From a virus, in IMG/VR virus record IMGVR_UViG_3300038336_000025: 64,000 nucleotides of DNA, one strand, 5' to 3'. Shown one piece after another: positions 35,137-44,175 of the stretch (within the stretch, counting starts at the first letter, position 1; every line of letters begins with the position of its first letter). Below the pieces are notes generated by a model. The model worked only from the letters and a program-made list of their open reading frames with translations, was not told the origin of the DNA and did no database searches. The position numbers and the translations under genes were made by a program.

Positions 35137-35310
35137 TTAATCCTCAAACAAACTCAATATAAATGATCCAACCATACAGGATATGGCAACAATCAATGAT
35201 ATAATTGTTGATATAACAGCGATTGCCACCCCGATCAACATTATTAAACCTATCAATGCGAATGGTACAAGAGCCAGACAAACGATTACTAACAATGCAT
35301 CCATTATCAT
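35137..35310 (-). CDS. 57-aa membrane protein (2 helices)
   Basis: Hand translation MIMDALLVIVCLALVPFALIGLIMLIGVAIAVISTIISLIVAISCMVGSFILSLFED; GAGGT SD; preferred over the + strand track ORF 35183-35392. Confidence 0.5.
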   Translation of the reverse strand: MIMDALLVIVCLALVPFALIGLIMLIGVAIAVISTIISLIVAISCMVGSFILSLFED

Positions 35311-35319
35311 TAATTTACC

Positions 35320-35940
35320 TCATTTTGTAATAACGAAGTTTACCCAATCATATTCCTTAGCCATCTTATTACTTTGGAATCTATCTTTGTAGAAACCAAA
35401 AGCATTTCTGAACTTTGCTGTAAGGAAAAAGGCTTCCCACTTTTCTCTTGTAAACAACGAAACATGTGTCGGGTCTACGTCTATAGTACCAGGTAACAGA
35501 GGCCCAACGGTTGCTATGTAAATAATACCTCCGGGCATTAGTACACGATACAGCTCATTTAAAACACCGGGAATAAGTTCTTCGGGGATATGTTCAATAA
35601 CCTGCCCCATGTGTATGAAATAGAATGTATCGTTTGAAAAAGGTATCTTCCCATCTTCCACATTACACAAACGATCTCTGATTTCTGGGAATGGTGTGTT
35701 TTGAATGTACCAGTCAGATACATCGCCACCAAACACATTATCATAACCATGTCGCCTAAATGTTTCAACTAAAACTCCGGTTGCAGAACCCATGTCAAAC
35801 ATCTTATGCTTCTTTGTAATGTGTTCTTCAAAGATATCTTTAAGCATATGGAAGTATTGTGTTTGCCATTCACCAATACAATTCATGTTGAAGTTATTCG
35901 TGTTTTTACAAAAATCAAAGTATTCTTTGCCAAATTTCAT
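35320..35940 (-). CDS. Class I SAM-dependent methyltransferase (substrate unknown)
   Basis: Motif I MFDMGSATG, later LMPGGIIYI. Confidence 0.6.
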   Translation of the reverse strand: MKFGKEYFDFCKNTNNFNMNCIGEWQTQYFHMLKDIFEEHITKKHKMFDMGSATGVLVETFRRHGYDNVFGGDVSDWYIQNTPFPEIRDRLCNVEDGKIPFSNDTFYFIHMGQVIEHIPEELIPGVLNELYRVLMPGGIIYIATVGPLLPGTIDVDPTHVSLFTREKWEAFFLTAKFRNAFGFYKDRFQSNKMAKEYDWVNFVITK

Positions 35941-36107
35941 TGTTTTTTCTCCGGTTTATAGCAACGTGTTTCTTTGTATAAAGACGTATCCATATCCAAT
36001 TCTATCGCTCGTTTCTGATGCTTTTCATGGAAATATTTAACACAAGTTTCTCTGTGTATACAATCATCCTGTGTACAAAAGCTCCGGTCACGATAAATTG
36101 GTTTCAT
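35937..36107 (-). CDS. 56-aa Cys/His-rich protein
   Basis: Hand translation MKPIYRDRSFCTQDDCIHRETCVKYFHEKH...; ATGA coupling to the next gene. Confidence 0.45.
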   Translation of the reverse strand: MKPIYRDRSFCTQDDCIHRETCVKYFHEKHQKRAIELDMDTSLYKETRCYKPEKKQ

Positions 36108-36109
36108 AT

Positions 36110-36358
36110 TTAATCCTCATCAATAGGTAAGTCTTCATCAATAACAGTAATGCGTGGTTTTACTTTCTGCACTGTTGGTTCAGGCTTTTCAGGTTCTTCA
36201 GCTATCTCAACTGAATCAATCTGTGTCAATTCTATCCTAAAGCGGTATAAAGGACAAGTCTTTATTGGACAATTTATAATCTCATCCTTTTGACCATTAG
36301 AACACTCTTGACACTTCATACGAATAGCATCAAGCGGGGTCTTTGGTTTCTTAGCCAT
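36110..36358 (-). CDS. Small zinc-ribbon protein with acidic tail (82 aa)
   Basis: CQECSNG...CPIKTCPLY. Confidence 0.6.
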   Translation of the reverse strand: MAKKPKTPLDAIRMKCQECSNGQKDEIINCPIKTCPLYRFRIELTQIDSVEIAEEPEKPEPTVQKVKPRITVIDEDLPIDED

Positions 36359-36645
36359 TATATAACGCCCTTCATTACCTCAATCTCGACTCGTTTGATC
36401 TTCGCGCCGTTTAACGCTGTTTCAATAGATTCAATCTTGTTAATAATTGAGTTAATTCTTCTCAGGATATACAAACCGAGTGTCATTAGAAACAGAAATA
36501 TATCTGAGAAAAACATAGGATTCTGGGTAATAATATGAAAACATGCCCAAACAAACGATATATAAGCTGCGTAATAATCGGCGTCAATTATATAAAGATA
36601 TAAATTAGCCAGAAACTTTGCTAATATTGTTCTAAGATTGTCCAT
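36358..36645 (-). CDS. Membrane protein (95 aa)
   Basis: ORF track; two hydrophobic helices. Confidence 0.55.
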   Translation of the reverse strand: MDNLRTILAKFLANLYLYIIDADYYAAYISFVWACFHIITQNPMFFSDIFLFLMTLGLYILRRINSIINKIESIETALNGAKIKRVEIEVMKGVI

Positions 36646-36902
36646 TACAACTCCTTGTTCAGATCAAGTGATTCCTGTGAAATGTAAAACACACGACAAC
36701 CAGAACCATAATTGTGTTTTACATCAATGAGTTTAAGTTTCATGATCTTATTCGCAAGACATTTTGGTAATCTTGGGGTAGCTTGCCAAAACCGAATAGT
36801 CTTTTCTTTCGACTGTGTTAAAAGCTGAAGACATGCTCCATTATCTAAGAATCTATCATCAGTCGTTATCTCGTATTCTTTTCGATTGATTTTAACTTTC
36901 AT
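36645..36902 (-). CDS. Hypothetical protein (85 aa)
   Basis: ORF track. Confidence 0.6.
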   Translation of the reverse strand: MKVKINRKEYEITTDDRFLDNGACLQLLTQSKEKTIRFWQATPRLPKCLANKIMKLKLIDVKHNYGSGCRVFYISQESLDLNKEL

Positions 36903-36913
36903 TTATTTACCTC

Positions 36914-37774
36914 TTAAAAATGTGATTCAAGAAGATTTGCAAGGAATAATGTTTTATGCACAGCATTATTCATCTTGTGGTTACAATCGGCCAATGGAAC
37001 CAGCTTATCCCAAGCTTTTTCCTTCTGTACAATTTCCCACAGTTTCCCGAATATGTAATCAGGGTCAGCAGAAAATGCAATATTTATCTTTTCATCACGC
37101 TCCATTGAATTGATAGACGCGATTGTCAGCTTGTCAATAAACTCGGATGATGAACTGCTCACATTTCCTTCAAGATTGTTGATAGCAAGGCGCATGTCAC
37201 CATTTGCCATCTTAGCAAACTGTATCAACTGTTGATCTGTGAAAACCATTTTATGCTTGATTGCAATGCGTTTAAGATGATTTGCGATTGTCTTAGTATC
37301 AATAGCGTCAAACTGAATTTGAACGCAGCGAGAAAGCAATGGAGTCACCAGTTTGAAAGGATAATTGGCAGTCAAAATAAACTTGGTGGTTCTGCCGTTA
37401 AGCTCCATGATACGACGTAAACACATCTGAGCATCGGCTGTAATGTTATCGGCTTCATCAAGAAGGATAATCTTGTAAGGAGCACCACCCAACGGACGGC
37501 GTTTAGCTATTTCACCACCAATTTCATTTCTGATGAAATCAATACCTCTTGTTGATGAGGCATTAAATTCGAAGAAATTGGATTTCTTGTTATCTCCGAG
37601 TATTTCATTGGCAATCGCGATAGCCGCTGTTGTTTTGCCAGTACCAGCTTTACCAGACAATAGAATATGTGGTATTCCATCTGGCCTTGCTATCATGTCC
37701 TGAATCTGTTTGATTTCCTTATCGCGGCCTACAATCTGTTTAAGCGTTGATGGTCTTTCTGTTTCGAATAACAT
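36914..37774 (-). CDS. Clamp loader AAA+ subunit (RFC small subunit / gp44-like)
   Basis: Walker A SGKAGTGKTT, Walker B ILLDEADNIT, SRC motif LLSRCVQ. Confidence 0.85.
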   Translation of the reverse strand: MLFETERPSTLKQIVGRDKEIKQIQDMIARPDGIPHILLSGKAGTGKTTAAIAIANEILGDNKKSNFFEFNASSTRGIDFIRNEIGGEIAKRRPLGGAPYKIILLDEADNITADAQMCLRRIMELNGRTTKFILTANYPFKLVTPLLSRCVQIQFDAIDTKTIANHLKRIAIKHKMVFTDQQLIQFAKMANGDMRLAINNLEGNVSSSSSEFIDKLTIASINSMERDEKINIAFSADPDYIFGKLWEIVQKEKAWDKLVPLADCNHKMNNAVHKTLFLANLLESHF

Positions 37775-37791
37775 TTGTATTTATGCTCCTT

Positions 37792-38280
37792 TTAACTTCG
37801 AATACCTTTATTAGCTAAGTAATCAGCTCGTTCATTGTATGCATTACCAGCATGGCCTTTAACCCAGACCCACGATATTTCGTGTTTTAAGGTAAGCGCA
37901 TACAACTGTTTCCATAAATCATCATTCTTCAATGGTTTAACTGTATTCAGCTTCCAACCATTTCGTTTCCAGTTACTAATCCAATCATGGTTAAAAGCAT
38001 GAATTACATATTGGCTATCACTGTAAATAGTGATATCACAAGGTTCCTTCAATGCTTCAAGACCCTTAATAACCGCTGTAAGTTCCATACGATTATTTGT
38101 AGTTCGCTGTTCACCACCATAAAGCTCTTTCTTGGTTTCACCATGTAAAAGGATTACACCCCAACCACCGACTCCGGGGTTGTTCTTACAAGCACCATCG
38201 GCATATATCTTAACGAGTTTCAAATCATTAAGAGGCTTGACCATTGGTTCAAGAAAGCTTCTACCACCACGATTATACAT
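37792..38280 (-). CDS. rnhA: Ribonuclease HI
   Basis: DGACKNNPG, NNRMELTAV, YSDSQYV, WVKGHAGNAYNERADYLA; start trimmed to ATG 38280 after GGAG. Confidence 0.9.
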   Translation of the reverse strand: MYNRGGRSFLEPMVKPLNDLKLVKIYADGACKNNPGVGGWGVILLHGETKKELYGGEQRTTNNRMELTAVIKGLEALKEPCDITIYSDSQYVIHAFNHDWISNWKRNGWKLNTVKPLKNDDLWKQLYALTLKHEISWVWVKGHAGNAYNERADYLANKGIRS

Positions 38281-38299
38281 TTCTACTCCGGGTGCAACC

Positions 38300-38866
38300 T
38301 TAATCCACTGCGGCTGCTTTTTTGGGATACAACCAAGGTAAGAACTTGATTTCTGGTTGTGGTTTGATTTTATGGGCGATGACGGCATAAAGAATCTCCG
38401 GGTTTACTTTCCACTGATGCATGTCTAACCAAGCTACCCACTGTCTGTTGGGCTTTGTAATCTTTGTCATACCACCAATCAATGCTTTAATTAGCATAAA
38501 CATCTGAGGTCTGTTGTTCATCAGGAAATCGAAAAGGTAATCACGATCTCTGATATTTAAACAGGCTGCTGCTAATGCAAACGGGGATAAATCCTTCGCA
38601 TTACCTTCTTCATAATGGATTTTGAGGTTCTTGCCCTGCCGTAATCCCTTTGTCAGTGATGTTGATTGAACAATGATTTTAACATTCTTGTTCGCATTTT
38701 TAATAATGAAATCAACCTGTTCCTTGTTTAACCCAAGATGATCAGCGTAAAGAACGATTGATTTACCATCATCTATTTTCTTTTTATAGACAATATCTGG
38801 GAAGAAATAGTCATGAACAATTTCATCTTTTTTCGGCGAATAGTCGCCAACGATTATATCAACCAT
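38300..38866 (-). CDS. Hypothetical protein (188 aa)
   Basis: ORF track. Confidence 0.6.
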   Translation of the reverse strand: MVDIIVGDYSPKKDEIVHDYFFPDIVYKKKIDDGKSIVLYADHLGLNKEQVDFIIKNANKNVKIIVQSTSLTKGLRQGKNLKIHYEEGNAKDLSPFALAAACLNIRDRDYLFDFLMNNRPQMFMLIKALIGGMTKITKPNRQWVAWLDMHQWKVNPEILYAVIAHKIKPQPEIKFLPWLYPKKAAAVD

Positions 38867-38937
38867 TTTATCAGGCTCCCTTTAATGAAGAAAATCATAA
38901 CACATGTTTGTTTATTAAGCAAGAAATTAAATAATCA

Positions 38938-39141
38938 TTATTTATCAGCACAAATGGCTAGAAATTTGGGTTCGTTAAGTGTTTTAATCTTCTCATAATC
39001 CAACCAATCAATTATTCCACCATCCTCAATCGGTCTACCAAGATATTCTTCATATGCTTTGTAAATATCTTCAATCGGGCCACAGAGAATGCCAAAACGA
39101 ATACCGATTATCACCGCTTGTTCTCTTGTAAGTTTTTCCAT
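38938..39141 (-). CDS. Hypothetical protein (67 aa)
   Basis: ORF track. Confidence 0.55.
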   Translation of the reverse strand: MEKLTREQAVIIGIRFGILCGPIEDIYKAYEEYLGRPIEDGGIIDWLDYEKIKTLNEPKFLAICADK

Positions 39142-39144
39142 AAG

Positions 39145-39318
39145 TTACCTTCCAATTGTGTTTGGTGGAAAGACCGGCTTATTCGGCGGGTCTATCTCAT
39201 TCTTTGTTGAAACAAATGATTTATTTGCTGGAATATCTGGAACCATTTGAATAAACTGATATATAACACCAGCAATGAAACCGATTCCCATTGCCAAAAC
39301 GATGTCCATTATATCATA
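39145..39318 (-). CDS. 57-aa protein with N-terminal TM helix
   Basis: Hand translation MYDIMDIVLAMGIGFIAGVIYQFIQMVPDIP... Confidence 0.4.
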   Translation of the reverse strand, partial: YDIMDIVLAMGIGFIAGVIYQFIQMVPDIPANKSFVSTKNEIDPPNKPVFPPNTIGR

Positions 39319-39326
39319 CATTTTAT

Positions 39327-40103
39327 TTACCTCACTTTTAGTTCATTATAACGTGTTAAAATGCGATTTTTTGCTATTGAAAAATAGTTATCATCTTTTT
39401 CAATACCAATAAAATTCCTACCACTATTTAAACAAGCTATTCCTGTAGTACCAGAACCCATAGTAAAATCCAAAACGATTTCACCTTCGTTGGTGTAAGT
39501 TTTAATCAGGTATTCCATCAGGGCAACCGGCTTTTGGGTTGGGTGGAGTCCTCGTTCTCTATTGTCAGAATTACCAATTCTTAATATATTCGTTGGATAG
39601 TTTTCAAATTCGATAATCCTTTCTAGTTTATGCGAGTCCCTTTTGAGTCCGTGTCCGTTCTCATAATTTCGTGGTCTTGACCATTTTTTATCTACTTTAA
39701 TAATTCCTTGCGGATTGTATCTCATTCTTTTTTCACCTAACTGTATATTGTGTCCTATTGGTGCTTCGCTAAATACAATCAGACTTTCTGTGAACTTTAT
39801 AGGCATATTTTTAGCGTGAGTGAAATTACATCCTTTTGACTTCTCCCACACCCACTCATACTTAAACATCTTTGGGTTGCTCATCACAAGTGCTGAAGTA
39901 AAAGGCTGCGAACCAAAAAGCACAATCGCCCCATTAGGCTTAATAATGCGCTTCAACTGTTCCCACATCGGTTCAAATGGAATAATAGAATCCCACTTAC
40001 AAGATGTCGTTCCATATGGTATGTCAGCAATAATCGCATCGACTGAATGATCTGGGATTTCCTTCATTCTTACAAGGCAATCACCTTTCATCAACTTAAT
40101 CAT
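39327..40103 (-). CDS. Beta-class DNA amino-methyltransferase, paralog A (DIPY variant of motif IV)
   Basis: MIKLMKGDCLVRMKEIPD..IADIPYG N-terminus; motif I FTMGSGTTGIACLN; termini shared with paralogs B and C. Confidence 0.85.
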   Translation of the reverse strand: MIKLMKGDCLVRMKEIPDHSVDAIIADIPYGTTSCKWDSIIPFEPMWEQLKRIIKPNGAIVLFGSQPFTSALVMSNPKMFKYEWVWEKSKGCNFTHAKNMPIKFTESLIVFSEAPIGHNIQLGEKRMRYNPQGIIKVDKKWSRPRNYENGHGLKRDSHKLERIIEFENYPTNILRIGNSDNRERGLHPTQKPVALMEYLIKTYTNEGEIVLDFTMGSGTTGIACLNSGRNFIGIEKDDNYFSIAKNRILTRYNELKVR

Positions 40104-40375
40104 TTGTTAAACACCTTTAAAATGGCATCTTTCTTATCACGGATTTCAATCAGTTTTGCAATCAGTTCATCAAGTTCACCACCAACGGTAGACACATGAT
40201 ACATTGTTTCATGCATACCATCAGCATCTTTCAAACCCTGACAAAGCCATACCGAGATGTGTTTGTGTGGTGTTTTTCTATCTGACCCAAGCGGTGTAAT
40301 GACTATTTCTGATAGACCATCACAAATTGATTGCTTAATTTCCTTTGTCATTTTCTTCCTCGTCATACAAATCAA
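40100..40375 (-). CDS. Hypothetical protein (91 aa)
   Basis: ORF track. Confidence 0.55.
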   Translation of the reverse strand: MICMTRKKMTKEIKQSICDGLSEIVITPLGSDRKTPHKHISVWLCQGLKDADGMHETMYHVSTVGGELDELIAKLIEIRDKKDAILKVFNK

Positions 40376-40976
40376 TCTTGGTTGTCATGTCAGGAATGTA
40401 AAGGTTGATAGGATTATCACATTGAATATCCATCTTAAACACTTTTGTAAACTGAGATTTGTCGAATGGTTTTGTAATCAGATGAACACCATTCTTCGTT
40501 AGTAACTCAATGATAACCTTGTTTGTATCTTCTGGTCTACAGTTGTTGTTAATGTGATCTTTTACAGACTCAATAACAATCGGGTCTTTCTCATCAATAT
40601 CGACAATCCACTTTTTATCATTGTCATTGTGGCATTGTCCACAGGCTTTAGAAAACGCTTGTTTTGTTGAATGAAAATCTTCTTGCATCATCTGAGAAGT
40701 AATATTCAACATAGTTCTGAACGATACCTTCTTAAATGATCGTTTATTCAACCTTAAACCAGCTCTTGCACCAAAGAAGTTGCATAAAGCTTTAATCTCT
40801 GGATATTTTTTCTCAAAATAATCAAGAGAATGAATATAATAATCCTTGATGATAATTGTGTTCTTCTTTGCTCCATTTGGCATGTCCTTACGCCTTTGAA
40901 ACACTTGAACATAGTAGAAGTCATCTGGTGTGTCGAAACTCAATAAGGGCTTAATCTGTTCAAATACATCAATCAT
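40335..40976 (-). CDS. Hypothetical protein with AEP/primase-polymerase-like motifs
   Basis: WIVDIDEKD (DxD) and TKNGVHLIT (GxH) in AEP order; weak motif-level evidence only. Confidence 0.6.
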   Translation of the reverse strand: MIDVFEQIKPLLSFDTPDDFYYVQVFQRRKDMPNGAKKNTIIIKDYYIHSLDYFEKKYPEIKALCNFFGARAGLRLNKRSFKKVSFRTMLNITSQMMQEDFHSTKQAFSKACGQCHNDNDKKWIVDIDEKDPIVIESVKDHINNNCRPEDTNKVIIELLTKNGVHLITKPFDKSQFTKVFKMDIQCDNPINLYIPDMTTKIDLYDEEENDKGN

Positions 40977-41287
40977 TATATTTTACCACCTTCTATTGGT
41001 TTATTATCATTAAGACACCATTCGTTTAACCAATAATAATGCTCCCATTCATCGGGCGTTGCATTATATTGTTTCAATTTATCTTCTGTGAATTTGGCTG
41101 AATCTTTACCAGCTTCTTTCATCGTTTCAAGAGCCTGAACAAGTGCTAATACAAACCCATCACCAATCAATTGTTTCTCTTTTTCAGGCCAGCGTTCACC
41201 ATGCCTGTAAACTTCAAGAATTCCGTTGTTATTTTTAACTTGGTATTTTCCATCATAAAGTGGAATTAGTTCTGGGTTATTGGTCAT
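40976..41287 (-). CDS. Hypothetical protein (103 aa)
   Basis: ORF track. Confidence 0.6.
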   Translation of the reverse strand: MTNNPELIPLYDGKYQVKNNNGILEVYRHGERWPEKEKQLIGDGFVLALVQALETMKEAGKDSAKFTEDKLKQYNATPDEWEHYYWLNEWCLNDNKPIEGGKI

Positions 41288-41424
41288 TTATTCTTTACCT
41301 CAACATTATCTGGTAATAAGTCTTTATCAACAAGAATAGGCCCAACATCTAAGTGTTGGCCTCGATCACAACCTACAAAGATTAAGATGATGAACAGAAT
41401 TAATACAACTTTTTTCATTCCCAT
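41284..41424 (-). CDS. 46-aa predicted lipoprotein
   Basis: Hand translation MGMKKVVLILFIILIFVGCDRGQ...; lipobox FVGC; ATGA coupling. Confidence 0.5.
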   Translation of the reverse strand: MGMKKVVLILFIILIFVGCDRGQHLDVGPILVDKDLLPDNVEVKNK

Positions 41425-41429
41425 TCACT

Positions 41430-41747
41430 TCAACCACCGCGCTCGATTGCGTCACGTCTCATGAGTTCTTCATACATAATCAGAACCGCCGATTTTCCAT
41501 GTAATTCCGAAAGTGTTACAATGTCTTTTATCTGTATATTACCAGTTTGTAATATATTTCCATTAACATCTTTCAGTGTCATTGAAACCGTGTTGACAAC
41601 ACCACGTTTGACAGGCTCTTTGACGTAAAACACCGTCGTCTTATCTTTGTGTTTACAATCTTGACATATTGAATCACCATTGAGTCGTCTTTCACTTGCA
41701 ATATTTTCACTTCCACATTTAGGACATTTTGGATTAGACATGTTCAC
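41430..41747 (-). CDS. Zinc-ribbon protein (105 aa)
   Basis: CPKCGS...CQDCKH. Confidence 0.6.
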   Translation of the reverse strand: MNMSNPKCPKCGSENIASERRLNGDSICQDCKHKDKTTVFYVKEPVKRGVVNTVSMTLKDVNGNILQTGNIQIKDIVTLSELHGKSAVLIMYEELMRRDAIERGG

Positions 41748-43573
41748 ACTTCCTTTTCAAATTGTTTCAAAATATTAGCTTCCATTTCAGCAACGATATC
41801 ACCAAGATTGTCATCGCTGGAATCATCACCCAAACTTTCAATTACCTTATCAATAAGGTCTTTCTTTGTTTCCCATTGTTTATGAATGATTTCTTCAACC
41901 GTTCCTACTGTAATAAACCGATAAAGATGAACATCATGATCTTGGCCGCTTCTATAAGCTCTACCAGCTCGTTGCATTGTAATTGCTGGTTTAATAGGTA
42001 TATCCCATTCTATTACAATTCTTGCAGATTGTATGTTCTGACCATAGTTGATTTTATCAGTTGTTACAAGAGCTTTAATGTCTGGTGTATTATTAAACTC
42101 CTGAACGACTTTCAAAGCATCTTTACCATCACCTCCCATACATGTAATGTATTTGAATCCAAGCTGCTTTAACTTCCTTGCTATAGCAGCTACACCGCAC
42201 TTAAAGAATGTAAAGATAATAACTTTATCACTGGTCTGACCAATAATATCTTCCAGTAATTCAAACTTCGGATTCTCATCCCACCCACCACGACTTGTAT
42301 CGCAAAGAAATTGTCTGGCGTTTACATATCTTGCACTACCAACAAATTGCTTTTTATACTCGATGTAACTCTGATGAAATCTGGCAGACGGTTCCACAAA
42401 TACATCATGCCTGTATAACTTAACCGGCAAATCAAGTTTCTTCTTGATGATGTAAGGCGCAATCAGGTTCTTAACGTATTGGTGGTTTTTAAAGCCAACA
42501 GCAACGATTTCTGTCTTGAAGAAAACCTGCTTAGACCCTTTCATTCGAAATGGTGTCTGGCGTTCTTCATATTCTACAAAGTTTGTTTCAAAAAACTTGT
42601 GACCACCAAGAATCTTCCCATCATCAAGCAGCTTAAACACTGGGTAAATATCAAACAATTTATTCTCAATTGGTGTTCCTGACATTGGATAACGGTAACG
42701 AGGTTTCCAACAATCCTGAACCAACTGGAAAAAGTTGATACTTCGTTGAGCTGAAATAAAGTTCTTCATCTTGTGAAATTCATCTACAACGATCATATCA
42801 AAGCTTAAATTCTTCAGATGATGAACATCAAAATTACATTTTTCATAGTTTGTAATAAGTGTCTTGTATTGAGAAACACCTTTAAACATTTGATACATAG
42901 CTTCGCGTTTCTTTGGTGGTTCTGTTGTAATTTTAAACATTTCGCCATCACCAAAGAATTTACCATAGTCAGAGTAAAAGTTTTCTACAAGTGATGCTGG
43001 TAACATGATAAGTGTCTTTTTCACACCACCATATTTTTTGAGGTATTTATCGACTGTTAAAGCAACAAGCGTTTTACCTGTTCCAATGTCATTGCCGATA
43101 ATAATACGTTCACCAATTATGCTGTAAACGATTGTTTCGACTTGGTTCCCATAATATTGAAAGTCTTTTCTGTAAAGTCTGAAGAAACGTTCTTTAATGT
43201 GTAATTCGCATTCAAGAATAAAGTTAAGAATCTGCTTTACATCTTCATCAGCCGCAGAGTATTTACGTTCCTTTAATTCAACCAATCGTTTGCGATGGTT
43301 TGTATAATCGTCATATTTCTCTTTTAAACCATCGGTGAACTTGATTGGATATTTAATTTCTTTAAGCCGGTTAATCAACACAGGCAAGGCAATAAACGGT
43401 ACTTCATATTTGCTGTTACGAAAACGAGCACAAAGAGCATAAGAACATTTATCCTGAACGGTTAAAAACTGTTCGTTCGTTTCTTCGCTAATAGTTATTT
43501 GATGATTTTTCTCGTTATAACCTAATTGCACACTGATTTCTCGGTTTTCAAAAGATTTCGTTAAGCATAGCAT
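41744..43573 (-). CDS. SNF2-family helicase/translocase
   Basis: Motif I GTGKT, motif II VVDEFHKMKN, motif VI QRAGRAYRSGQ. Confidence 0.9.
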   Translation of the reverse strand: MLCLTKSFENREISVQLGYNEKNHQITISEETNEQFLTVQDKCSYALCARFRNSKYEVPFIALPVLINRLKEIKYPIKFTDGLKEKYDDYTNHRKRLVELKERKYSAADEDVKQILNFILECELHIKERFFRLYRKDFQYYGNQVETIVYSIIGERIIIGNDIGTGKTLVALTVDKYLKKYGGVKKTLIMLPASLVENFYSDYGKFFGDGEMFKITTEPPKKREAMYQMFKGVSQYKTLITNYEKCNFDVHHLKNLSFDMIVVDEFHKMKNFISAQRSINFFQLVQDCWKPRYRYPMSGTPIENKLFDIYPVFKLLDDGKILGGHKFFETNFVEYEERQTPFRMKGSKQVFFKTEIVAVGFKNHQYVKNLIAPYIIKKKLDLPVKLYRHDVFVEPSARFHQSYIEYKKQFVGSARYVNARQFLCDTSRGGWDENPKFELLEDIIGQTSDKVIIFTFFKCGVAAIARKLKQLGFKYITCMGGDGKDALKVVQEFNNTPDIKALVTTDKINYGQNIQSARIVIEWDIPIKPAITMQRAGRAYRSGQDHDVHLYRFITVGTVEEIIHKQWETKKDLIDKVIESLGDDSSDDNLGDIVAEMEANILKQFEKEV

Positions 43574-43617
43574 ATAACAAGTTTAAACGCAACTAAAAAA
43601 CTTATCTAAAATTTTTC

Positions 43618-43650
43618 TTGACGAAAAGCTTTAGCCTATGATATTATCAT
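43618..43650 (+). promoter_or_regulatory. Strong sigma70-type promoter: TTGACG, 18-nt spacer, extended -10 TGATATTAT
   Basis: TTGACGAAAAGCTTTAGCCTATGATATTATCAT; near-palindrome ATGATA-T-TATCAT (43638-43650) overlaps the -10; points into the ORF-free region. Confidence 0.7.
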
Positions 43651-43653
43651 TTT

Positions 43654-44175
43654 GCGGTCGTAAGATCGAGGTGAGCATCTCTAGCGATAAGTGTAAATTT
43701 ATCGTGATGCATGATAAAACCGAAGGGAAAACTGACCTTCTCTGTCCTACTTGTGTTCCCGTCTTAATCAAACGGATTCAACACGGTACTGACGGGCCTC
43801 GAAACTGCTTTCTAAACAGTAACAGGTTAATAAATGCTCTTGTTGGACACCAATCGGTATAAGACAAACAGCTATATTAACAGCCAACAGCTTGCAGGGA
43901 TGTGAGTATAAGGGTTGAAATTATATCCTTGGTTGGTAAGCGAGATTTAATTGACGGGCAGCTTAACAGCTTAACTTGATTTCATCGGACTCTGAAGTCA
44001 CTAGATTGTAAGTCGAGAAGATTCTTAAAGGCACCTGCCATATCTGTTATGATTTGGTCGTGGTGTGGTGATGAATAATTGCCGCACCCATCAAATGTAA
44101 ACACAGTTAGATATGGTAGGAAACTGATTTGTCGTACCCGATAGTTAAAAGTGGTCATAAAACAAATCAGTTAAA
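43654..44175 (+). ncRNA. Candidate large structured non-coding RNA (about 0.5 kb; ends are approximate)
   Basis: No credible ORF; promoter just upstream; hairpin 43674-43711; 12-bp helix 44034-44045/44109-44120; adjacent 11-bp helix 44121-44131/44160-44170; visibly more G+C than the flanks. Confidence 0.45.

Noticed and set aside
35183-35392. Track ORF (69 aa, +) inside the minus-strand module
   Set aside because: It is the only + ORF in 31 kb. The minus strand here encodes a well-coupled 57-aa membrane protein with a GAGGT SD.
43638-43862. Track ORF (74 aa, +) at the start of the ORF-free region
   Set aside because: Its start codon lies inside the promoter -10 element, so it would not be transcribed from it. 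It has no SD and overlaps strong predicted RNA hairpins.
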